NCBI GenBank assembly: GCA_900320065.1
Contig: ONQV01000003.1
Location: 590-64,589, forward strand
Source: an uncultured Eubacteriales bacterium
GTDB lineage: Bacteria; Bacillota; Clostridia; Christensenellales; Borkfalkiaceae
Length of the DNA stretch: 64,000 nucleotides
Direction: 5' to 3'
The first letter of the stretch is position 1. Every line of letters starts with the position of its first letter. The notes below the pieces were generated by a model. The model searched no databases and was not told the origin of the DNA. It worked only from the letters and a program-made list of their open reading frames with translations. A program made the position numbers and the translations under genes. Below are positions 38,467 to 45,623 of the stretch, piece after piece.

Positions 38467-38493
38467 TCGTGCTTTCCGAAGGCGGTTTACGGC

Positions 38494-38637
38494 TTATTCT
38501 TCGGAATAATCGCCGCAACGGGTACAGTTTTCGCCCGCGCCGCAGGTGATTTTAACGCAATCAAGACAACAGTTACAGCCGTCCGCGTTATGTCTGCAAT
38601 TTTTTACGTCGCACTTAATAGAATAATTTCTGTTCAT
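38494..38637 (-). CDS. DUF1540-like Cys-rich mini-protein (47 aa; not in ORF track)
   Basis: Hand translation: MNRNYSIKCDVKNCRHNADGCNCCLDCVKITCGAGENCTRCGDYSEE. SD AAAGGAG at 7 nt, and a terminator downstream. Confidence 0.7.
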   Translation of the reverse strand: MNRNYSIKCDVKNCRHNADGCNCCLDCVKITCGAGENCTRCGDYSEE

Positions 38638-38716
38638 AATACGCTCCTTTTTTCTTTTATTATGCGTTAAAATTTAAAGTATTATACCTAAAAACAAAAC
38701 CTTTGCCCCCTTATCC

Positions 38717-38746
38717 TTGACAATCGGGCGGGTTTAAGGGTAAAAT
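38717..38746 (+). promoter_or_regulatory. rplI promoter
   Basis: TTGACA-18 nt-TAAAAT. Confidence 0.55.
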
Positions 38747-38766
38747 AAATCCGTAAGGAGAAATTT

Positions 38767-39207
38767 ATGAAAGTAGTATTACTTAAAGACGTTAAAGGTT
38801 CGGGAAAGGCGGGCGATATTATCGAGGCGAAACAGGGTTACGCCCAAAACTATCTCATTAAAAACGGGCTGGCAAAAGCCGCCGACACCGCCGCACTCAA
38901 CGAAAACAAGGCTCAAAAAGCCGCGCAGGAATTTCATAGAATCGAGCAACTTAAAGAAAACAAAGCCCTGCGCGAAAAAATAGACGGACTTACCGTTACC
39001 ATACAGGTAAAGAGCGGAGAATCGGGCAAATTTTTCGGCAGCGTTACGAATAAAGAAGTCTCGGACAAGTTATTAGAACTCGGCTTTGACGTGGATAAAA
39101 AGAAAATTTCCCTGCCGTCCGGCATAAAGACCGCGGGCGTTTATTCCGCCACCGTTCGCATTTCCGCCGAAGAAGCGGCGAAAATTACGGTAAATATCAT
39201 AAATTAG
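38767..39207 (+). CDS. rplI: 50S ribosomal protein L9
   Basis: 146 aa. MKVVLLKDVKGSGKAGDIIEAKQGYAQNYLI N-terminus. Confidence 0.95.
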   Translation: MKVVLLKDVKGSGKAGDIIEAKQGYAQNYLIKNGLAKAADTAALNENKAQKAAQEFHRIEQLKENKALREKIDGLTVTIQVKSGESGKFFGSVTNKEVSDKLLELGFDVDKKKISLPSGIKTAGVYSATVRISAEEAAKITVNIIN

Positions 39208-39225
39208 TCAAATCGTGATAAATCG

Positions 39226-39266
39226 GCAAAAAGCCGCCTATTAAGGGCGGCTTTTTGCTTTTTTTG
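39226..39266 (+). terminator. rplI terminator
   Basis: GCAAAAAGCCGCC-TATTAAG-GGCGGCTTTTTGC, followed by TTTTTTTG. Confidence 0.85.
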
Positions 39267-39298
39267 TCGACAACGGTTTTTCGGCAAATCTTTTTTCA

Positions 39299-39327
39299 TT
39301 GACTTTTTATTTTCTTTCGTTTATAAT
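39299..39327 (+). promoter_or_regulatory. Promoter abutting ATG 39337 (near-leaderless)
   Basis: TTGACT-17 nt-TATAAT. The -10 ends 9 nt before the ATG, with no SD. Confidence 0.6.
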
Positions 39328-39336
39328 ACAATCGCT

Positions 39337-40683
39337 ATGGGCAAGACCAAAAAGAAAATCGGCATACAAAAAATAGAAGTCGACTCCAAAACTTCCGAAC
39401 CGAAAATCGTCGGCATCGAAGAAGAATACGATCTAAACGCCGCCGCGGAAGAAGCGATAAAACAGACCGAAGCGGAAAAAAACAATCAGAGCAGTATCGG
39501 CAAACAACTCGTAATGACGAGAATTTTAGGTATTCAGAAATACGATAACGGCGTTGATAAAAGACAGAAATTTTTTAAGCGCATCGTAAGTATCGTATTT
39601 ATACTGTTCGTCGTCGGCGTTCTGGCGTTTACGTTTTATAAAGACTTTTTTTCAAGCGACGACAAAAAAACAGCCGTTTCGTTCGTGGGCGCTTTGGATA
39701 AACTTGCCGGAACTTGGTATTATTTCCTTTTTGCCGTTGCGGCTCTCGTACTCGCCATTTTATTCAAGGGGCTAAAACTCTCCGTCATATGCAAGTCGCA
39801 GACGGGCAAATGGCATTTTAAAACCTGTTTTGAAACGGGCATTATCGGACACTATTACAACAACGTTACTCCCCTTGCCGTGGGCGGTCAACCGTTTGAA
39901 ATTTACCATCTTTCAAAGCACGGCGTACACGGCGGAGTAGCGGCGAGTATGCCCATAATCGCCTTCTTCTTTTCGCAGTTCGCGTTCGTGGCGCTGGGGA
40001 TCACCGCACTCGTGTTTTTTAACGGCAACGTGTTAGGTGTTGAAGAAGAATTTATAACGCAATTCCCCGAAGTCTTTAACGTGCTTGCCGTAATCGGGCT
40101 TTTCGGGTGCTTTTTTATGCCCGCGCTGGTCGTTCTCTTCTCGCTTTTGCCGAGAATCGGCGCAACGATGGTCAAGTGGTTCATCTCTATCGGCGGAAAA
40201 CTTAAAATCATAAAGGACCCCAAAAAGACCGAATACAAGACTTTAAAAACGGTGGTACATAATTCCGTTTGCATAAAGCGGTTCGCCAAAGACCCCGTAG
40301 CACTGTTTACGACCGTTCTTCTCGGTTTTGCCGAAAACCTTGCTCAATGTTCCATAGCCTTTTTTACGCTTAAACTTTTCGGTTACAACAACCCCGACGC
40401 GGGCGTTTTTCTCGAATGGTTACAGATTATGCAACTTTCGTTTATTCTGTACGCGGGAATATCGTTTATCCCCACCCCCGGGAATTCGGGCGCGGCGGAC
40501 CTTTCGTTTTATTTGCTGTTCTCCGTCGGCGTGCCGTTTATGGGTCTTGCCTTCTCCGCAATGGTTTTATGGAGAATATTGAGTTTTTACTCGTATATAA
40601 TAATCGGTTTTGTTTTTACGACGGTAACTCACAAAAAAGACCGTTTGGCAAAGTTTTTGGGAATAGACGATTTAGACGAATAA
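39337..40683 (+). CDS. Flippase-like / LPG-synthase-TM (UPF0104) family membrane protein
   Basis: 448 aa. ~60-aa hydrophilic N-terminus, then ~8 TM, with the GHYYNNVTPLAVGGQPFEIYHL motif. Confidence 0.7.
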   Translation: MGKTKKKIGIQKIEVDSKTSEPKIVGIEEEYDLNAAAEEAIKQTEAEKNNQSSIGKQLVMTRILGIQKYDNGVDKRQKFFKRIVSIVFILFVVGVLAFTFYKDFFSSDDKKTAVSFVGALDKLAGTWYYFLFAVAALVLAILFKGLKLSVICKSQTGKWHFKTCFETGIIGHYYNNVTPLAVGGQPFEIYHLSKHGVHGGVAASMPIIAFFFSQFAFVALGITALVFFNGNVLGVEEEFITQFPEVFNVLAVIGLFGCFFMPALVVLFSLLPRIGATMVKWFISIGGKLKIIKDPKKTEYKTLKTVVHNSVCIKRFAKDPVALFTTVLLGFAENLAQCSIAFFTLKLFGYNNPDAGVFLEWLQIMQLSFILYAGISFIPTPGNSGAADLSFYLLFSVGVPFMGLAFSAMVLWRILSFYSYIIIGFVFTTVTHKKDRLAKFLGIDDLDE

Positions 40684-40701
40684 CTCTTTAACTTTAAAAT
40701 A

Positions 40702-40740
40702 CTCACGCCCCCGCGCGGCGACGCCGCGCGGGGGCGTGAG
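40702..40740. terminator. Bidirectional terminator
   Basis: CTCACGCCCCCGCGCGGCG-ACG-CCGCGCGGGGGCGTGAG, then TTTT. Lies between convergent genes. Confidence 0.8.
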
Positions 40741-40759
40741 TTTTAAATATTTCTACCGT

Positions 40760-42364
40760 TTACAGTTCGTCGAAAATTTTAACGCCCTTTTTAAATATCC
40801 ACGCGTTAAGGAATACGGCAAGCCCAAGAAATACAACGCCTATAATCAAAAGCCCCAGCCATAACGGCATTATAAGGTTCAGCCCGTACACTCCGAATCC
40901 TACGGCGGCGGCTACACCCATACCCCCGAATACGGTTATCATATTCCCCGCGCCCTGCTTTACGGCGACCGTTTCGTTCGTCCACTTTAAGTTGGGAAAT
41001 TTAAGCCCCATGGTAAGCGAAAACGCCGAACCGTAAAATACGAATATCGCGCTGTCGACTATAATAAACACAGTTTCTATCGCGCCCGTTTGCAACACCA
41101 CCGCCACGCACACGGCAAGCGCCAGTACGGAAAACAGGGTCATTAAAATATGAAGTTTCTGTTTCGTTAAAAGCAAGTCGCGCGTTTTTACGGGCAGAGA
41201 TCTCGTTAGGTCTATGGACTTTGCTTCGAGAGAAACGGAAGGCCCGCAGATATTGTTCATTAAGGCAAGCATAAAACAAGTTCCGAAGCCCATCGATATA
41301 AATATATTTCGTAAGACGAACGCCTCGTCGCCCACCTTTTCGAACAATTCCGCCACCGTTCCTTTGTTTATAAGAAGAAGCACGGCGAACAGCACCCCCA
41401 AAAAGGTCGAAAGCGAACAGTTAAGAAAGACCGTCGCGCTACTCATTAGCCTTTTGACTTCGCGGTACAAAAGCGCGCGGGAAGGCGTTTTTGTCTTTAT
41501 AGGTTTTTCTTTGTACCGTATTTTATTGCCCGATTTCGCACCCGTCGTAATTCTGATAAAGGTTTTGGACATTATAAACATCGCGAGTAAAAAGAGCGCC
41601 GCGGTCGCCGCCGTAAAACCTAAAAAAGCGAGAGCGTTGCCTTCGGCGGCTATGCCGAAACAGTACAGCGGATAGGCGAAATTGCGAAAACCGTTCGCTA
41701 TATCTTCGCCCGCGCCGATTATTTTCGTAACGAAATCGCCCGCTTGAAATATCAGATAATAATACGCCCCGAAAAAGACCATAAACAAAATAATGGTAAC
41801 GATAGATTTGTTTTTCAGTCTTGCGGAGATAGCGGCAACCACCCACCCGAGAATTATCGTGAAAAAGGTGATAAGCACGCCCGTAACGAGCCATAAAAGA
41901 ACCGCAAACACCACGCCTGAAACGGTTACGGGCGCATAAATAAATCTTACGATAAGGGCGGGTATATACACGATAGACTGGTATAACAGCGCGGAAATAA
42001 ACACGCCTATAATTCTCGTCGCCAAAATTTTAAACGGCGGAATAGGTAAGGACAGCAACAGGTCGTTATCTTTCGCGCGGTATAAACTCGCGTAGGTGTT
42101 GAAAACGCTTCCGAAAATCCCGAGCGCGAGCGACAAAAGCCCGACGATGGCAAAATACAGCCACGAAAGGTCGTGGTCGAAGAAAGGTCTGCAAAGTTGC
42201 CTTAGCATAAGAAAAAAACTTACGCCGATAAGGGAAAACAGCAACGCGTAAAGGCAGGTAACGAGCGCTATTTTGCGCTTACCGTATAAAACCCCCGTTC
42301 TTTTGTTCTGAAAGAGATAGGAATTTATCTCCGTCAGTTGTTTTTTAAGTAACGCCTTAAACAT
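40760..42364 (-). CDS. Multi-TM permease of a 2-gene ABC exporter
   Basis: Start trimmed to MFKALLKKQ, which overlaps the ATPase stop by 8 nt. About 534 aa, >10 TM. Confidence 0.7.
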   Translation of the reverse strand: MFKALLKKQLTEINSYLFQNKRTGVLYGKRKIALVTCLYALLFSLIGVSFFLMLRQLCRPFFDHDLSWLYFAIVGLLSLALGIFGSVFNTYASLYRAKDNDLLLSLPIPPFKILATRIIGVFISALLYQSIVYIPALIVRFIYAPVTVSGVVFAVLLWLVTGVLITFFTIILGWVVAAISARLKNKSIVTIILFMVFFGAYYYLIFQAGDFVTKIIGAGEDIANGFRNFAYPLYCFGIAAEGNALAFLGFTAATAALFLLAMFIMSKTFIRITTGAKSGNKIRYKEKPIKTKTPSRALLYREVKRLMSSATVFLNCSLSTFLGVLFAVLLLINKGTVAELFEKVGDEAFVLRNIFISMGFGTCFMLALMNNICGPSVSLEAKSIDLTRSLPVKTRDLLLTKQKLHILMTLFSVLALAVCVAVVLQTGAIETVFIIVDSAIFVFYGSAFSLTMGLKFPNLKWTNETVAVKQGAGNMITVFGGMGVAAAVGFGVYGLNLIMPLWLGLLIIGVVFLGLAVFLNAWIFKKGVKIFDEL

Positions 42365-43070
42365 TTCCGTTCTCCGATTGCAAAAAGACGGTTTCAAGCG
42401 AAGAGTTGCCCTTAACTTCTTCCATCGTTCCCGAAGTTATAAGTTTGCCGTCTTTAATTATCGCGACTTTGTCGCAAAGTTTTTCGGCGACTTCCAGAAC
42501 GTGCGTCGAAAAGAATATCGCGCCGCCGTTATCGCAAAGTTCACGCATCAATCCTTTAAGTATATGCGCGGCGGAAGGGTCAAGCCCCACGAACGGTTCG
42601 TCCATTATCATAAGTTTGGGTTCGTGTATAAGCGCGGAAATAACCGCGAGTTTTTGTTTCATACCGTGCGAATACGCGGATATCGGTTGCGCCAGATCGG
42701 AAGTTAAGCCGAACAGGTCACCGTACTCTTTTATTTTTGCCGAACGCGCGGGTTCTTTCACGTCGAAAATATCCGCTATAAAGTTAAGATAGGATATGCC
42801 CGACATAAATTCGTAAAGATCGGGATTGTCGGGAATATACGCGATATTCCTTTTGACCGCGACGGGGTCGTCTTTAACGGAAATACCGTTCACCTTTATT
42901 TCGCCGCTGTCGAATTTAAGTATTCCGACTACGGACTTTAAGGTGGTCGTTTTCCCTGCGCCGTTGTGCCCGATAAACCCGTAAATTTCGCCAGCGTTTA
43001 TGGTAAGCGACAAGTCGTCCACCGCCTTTTTATTGCCGTAAGTCTTGGTAAGATGCTGAATTTCAAGCAT
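42357..43070 (-). CDS. ABC transporter ATP-binding protein (ABC-2/EcsA-like)
   Basis: 237 aa. Walker A GHNGAGKTT, signature YSHGMKQK, Walker B LMIMDEP. Confidence 0.9.
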   Translation of the reverse strand: MLEIQHLTKTYGNKKAVDDLSLTINAGEIYGFIGHNGAGKTTTLKSVVGILKFDSGEIKVNGISVKDDPVAVKRNIAYIPDNPDLYEFMSGISYLNFIADIFDVKEPARSAKIKEYGDLFGLTSDLAQPISAYSHGMKQKLAVISALIHEPKLMIMDEPFVGLDPSAAHILKGLMRELCDNGGAIFFSTHVLEVAEKLCDKVAIIKDGKLITSGTMEEVKGNSSLETVFLQSENGNV

Positions 43071-43099
43071 ATTATATCCCCTTTTGGTTATTTATATCG

Positions 43100-43128
43100 A
43101 TTATACAATACGCGGTGTAAATTGTAAA
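43100..43128 (-). promoter_or_regulatory. ABC exporter promoter
   Basis: Minus strand TTTACA-17 nt-TATAAT. Confidence 0.6.
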
Positions 43129-43147
43129 GCAAATTGCTCTTATACCA

Positions 43148-43183
43148 CTACACGCGCCCGTACTTTTGCACGGGCGCGTGTAG
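43148..43183. repeat. Perfect 14-bp GC-rich inverted repeat (8-nt loop) in the divergent promoter region
   Basis: CTACACGCGCCCGT-ACTTTTGC-ACGGGCGCGTGTAG. No U-tract on either strand. Confidence 0.9.
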
Positions 43184-43258
43184 GATAGTTGTTTCGCGGT
43201 TAGGGTGTTTTGACCAAATTTCAAGTTTGACGAATTTCGATATCGCAAAATTATTATA

Positions 43259-43304
43259 TTGCACTTTTTTGTGCAAGTCAAGCATTTTTCACAAATTTGT
43301 GCAA
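43259..43304 (+). promoter_or_regulatory. Putative operator set for the XRE regulator
   Basis: TTGCAC-N6-GTGCAA (43259-43276), the palindrome CACAAATTTGTG (43290-43301), and a direct repeat TTTGTGCAA x2 (43268, 43296). Confidence 0.45.
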
Positions 43305-43317
43305 TGATTATTATGAA

Positions 43318-43539
43318 ATGGATAATAAAACAAAAAATTACGGTGTCGAAATCAAATCTCATAGAGAAACTCTTGGGCTTTCACAACACGAACTTTCTAA
43401 AAGAATAGGTACTTCGCACCAAAACATAAACCGCTGGGAAAGCGGTAAAACGCTGCCTAATATTGATTTTTGCGTAAAACTTGCCGACTTCTTCGGCATT
43501 TCTCTTGACGAACTTGTCGGACGAGAACACCGTTCTTAA
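43318..43539 (+). CDS. XRE-family HTH transcriptional regulator
   Basis: 73 aa from ATG 43318 (the ORF-track start is TTG 43297). HTH LGLSQHELSKRIGTSHQNINRWESGK. Confidence 0.85.
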   Translation: MDNKTKNYGVEIKSHRETLGLSQHELSKRIGTSHQNINRWESGKTLPNIDFCVKLADFFGISLDELVGREHRS

Positions 43540-43550
43540 AAAACATAAAA

Positions 43551-43586
43551 AAGACAAAGCAAAAACGCTTTGTCTTTTCTTTTTTC
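43551..43586 (+). terminator. XRE gene terminator
   Basis: AAGACAAAGC-AAAAAC-GCTTTGTCTT, followed by TTCTTTTTT. Confidence 0.8.
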
Positions 43587-43746
43587 GTTTCTCTCGAAAT
43601 TATCTCTTTGAGAATTGCGGTGCGCTCGTCAGAACCCCGCTTTTTCTTTTGCCGCCTTGTTTTACGCGTCGGCAAAACCTTTCTGCGGCGTTCTTCCTCT
43701 TCCCAAAAAATCTTTGCTTTGCAAATCTTTTTCGGGAACCCTGTTT

Positions 43747-44166
43747 TTACGGCTCGTCGCGCACGAAAAAAGAACGCCCCGTAGGAACGTTCTTTCTTTT
43801 CTTCTTTTCGCCCTTCATACGGGAGTCTCTCGTTAAGAAACCCGCTTTCTTTAAAGCCGCACGGGAACCGTCTTCCGCAATCAAAAGCGCACGCGCGATA
43901 CCCTGACGGATAGCGCCAGCCTGCCCAGTAAATCCGCCGCCCGTAACGTTTACTATAACGTCGTACTTTGCGGAAACTTCCAAAAGTTCCAAAGGCTGAC
44001 GGACGATAAACTTCATCGTATCGAGCCCGAAATATTCGTCGAGCGTTTTGCCGTTTACGGTGATAGCGCCGTCGCCTGCGGGAATAAGGCGCACTCTTGC
44101 GATAGCCTTTTTACGTCTGCCCGTTCCCCAGTACTGTAATTTCTTTTTAGCAGTTGTTTTTGCCAT
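43747..44166 (-). CDS. rpsI: 30S ribosomal protein S9 with a non-canonical C-terminal tail
   Basis: 139 aa. Canonical up to ...[14 protein letters not shown], then [21 protein letters not shown] instead of the expected ERKKYGLKKARRAPQFSKR. Confidence 0.85.
   Translation of the reverse strand: MAKTTAKKKLQYWGTGRRKKAIARVRLIPAGDGAITVNGKTLDEYFGLDTMKFIVRQPLELLEVSAKYDVIVNVTGGGFTGQAGAIRQGIARALLIAEDGSRAALKKAGFLTRDSRMKGEKKKRKNVPTGRSFFVRDEP
43766..43798 (-). terminator. Terminator-like hairpin inside the last codons of rpsI
   Basis: Minus strand AAAGAACG-TTCCTACGGGG-CGTTCTTT plus TTT. It lies 20-50 nt upstream of the rpsI stop codon. Confidence 0.55.
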
Positions 44167-44181
44167 TTTCCTATTCCCCCT

Positions 44182-44613
44182 TTAATTTAAGTCAAGCGCT
44201 TCGGGTTTCTGCGCCGCGTGATTGTGTTCCGCACCCTTGTATACTTTGAGTTTCTTTATCATCTTTCTGCCGAGACTGTTCTTCGGGAGCATCCCTTTGA
44301 CCGCTTCGTAAACTGCCACGTCGGATTTTTCCGCCATTAAAGTCTTGTACTGAATTTCTTTAAGACCGCCGACGTGTCCCGTGTGATATCTGTAATATTT
44401 CTTTTCGAGTTTTTTGCCCGTAAGGATGACCTTATCGGTATTGACGATTATAACGAAGTCCCCCGTATCGACGTTAGGCGTGAAAGTGGGCTTGTTTTTG
44501 CCGCGAAGTATCGCTGCGACTTTGGACGCTAAACGCCCGAGCGCTAAACCTGCGGCGTCGACGACGTACCACTTTCTGACCACGTCTTGTTCGTGAGCCA
44601 TATAAGTTTTCAT
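44182..44613 (-). CDS. rplM: 50S ribosomal protein L13
   Basis: 143 aa. RKWYVVDA...LGRLAS...LRGK N-terminus. Confidence 0.95.
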   Translation of the reverse strand: MKTYMAHEQDVVRKWYVVDAAGLALGRLASKVAAILRGKNKPTFTPNVDTGDFVIIVNTDKVILTGKKLEKKYYRYHTGHVGGLKEIQYKTLMAEKSDVAVYEAVKGMLPKNSLGRKMIKKLKVYKGAEHNHAAQKPEALDLN

Positions 44614-44728
44614 AGTTGTTTTCTCCTTGAAATTTAACGGTTTAAGTTTAACCTTAAAAGTCGGATTACACGAAAAGTCCGACGCGGGAGGGCTAATCCC
44701 GTAAAGCGTAAACTCTAAACGCCTAAAT

Positions 44729-44758
44729 ATATTAAATGATTTAACCCGTAAAAGTCAA
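44729..44758 (-). promoter_or_regulatory. rplM-rpsI promoter
   Basis: Minus strand TTGACT-18 nt-TAATAT. It leaves a ~110-nt leader containing hairpins. Confidence 0.45.
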
Positions 44759-44850
44759 GCGTTTTTAAGGCTTTTTCGCAAATTTTCGCGTTGTTTTGCG
44801 ATATTTTCGGGCGAAATACTATATATAGTATGTGAAAATTTACCCGCCAC

Positions 44851-44889
44851 AAAAACTGCGCCCGACGGCAATTTTGCCGTCGGGCGCAG
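44851..44889 (-). terminator. DUF975 gene terminator
   Basis: Minus strand CTGCGCCCGACGGCA-AAATT-GCCGTCGGGCGCAG, followed by TTTTT. Confidence 0.85.
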
Positions 44890-44913
44890 AAACTTTATCG
44901 TTTTATTTTACGA

Positions 44914-45531
44914 TTATTCGGTAACCGTTTCCGTCGCGGACGCGCCGTTTTCACCTTTAAGGTTTTCGTAAAATTCCGCGCGAGCCTGTTCGTGATAAGG
45001 CATTACGAAAAATATACCGATGCCAAGGCACAGGAAACCGACTATGTACCAACCGATAAAACTTAAATCCAAACAGAAAAGTTTCCACTTTTTGCCGTCC
45101 ATCATCGCCCTGCTTTGGTCGATACAGGTCTTCCAGTTCTTATCTCCCGCGTCCTGCTGAATATAAGTCGCCATCGCGTAAGAATAAGATTTGACGATAC
45201 CGGGGATTATTAAAAGCAACGACCATAATAAAATAAAGAGATTTTTCAAAAATCCGAGTATGACCGTGTTGCCGAAATCTTCTTGAAAGCCTATGAAAAG
45301 GTCGCCGAAATTAACTTCGCCCTTGCCCCTTGCGGTGCTCACGAGAATTCTTGAAACGCCGTATTCAAGCGGCCCGCCCACCAAAATAGCGCCGATAATA
45401 ACGTAACTCGCCGCGCTGACGATTATACTGTATACAAGCAGTACTACCAGCGTTAAAAGCCACATGGTTTGAAAAATGCCGCCGCCGAGATCCGCTCTCG
45501 CTTTTGCCCTTAACTCTTTGTTCGTTGACAT
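44914..45531 (-). CDS. DUF975-family membrane protein
   Basis: 205 aa. N-terminal NKELRAKARADLGG plus 4-5 TM, typical of DUF975 as I recall it. Confidence 0.65.
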   Translation of the reverse strand: MSTNKELRAKARADLGGGIFQTMWLLTLVVLLVYSIIVSAASYVIIGAILVGGPLEYGVSRILVSTARGKGEVNFGDLFIGFQEDFGNTVILGFLKNLFILLWSLLLIIPGIVKSYSYAMATYIQQDAGDKNWKTCIDQSRAMMDGKKWKLFCLDLSFIGWYIVGFLCLGIGIFFVMPYHEQARAEFYENLKGENGASATETVTE

Positions 45532-45623
45532 AATAAAAACTCCTTTTTGTTTTTTCCGTAAAAAAGTATAAAACTCCGCGCGATTTTTGTCAACGTTTTA
45601 ATTAATTTTTTGTCGCAACTTTT

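Noticed and set aside
38443-38670. 75-aa plus-strand ORF, and a 38-aa ATG-initiated ORF at 38431
   Set aside because: Both are antisense to the DUF1540 mini-gene, run through a strong terminator hairpin and have no SD.
43072-43362. 96-aa minus-strand ORF in the XRE/ABC control region (considered as a possible toxin partner of the XRE protein)
   Set aside because: It spans both divergent promoters and the 14-bp hairpin and is antisense to the XRE start. It has Ile/Cys-rich AT-driven composition and no SD.
43457-43906. ORFs of 72, 73 and 141 aa in the XRE-rpsI spacer
   Set aside because: They are low-complexity Lys/Arg or Phe/Leu-rich translations overlapping terminators and the rpsI 3' end. 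I interpret them as frame debris, not genes.
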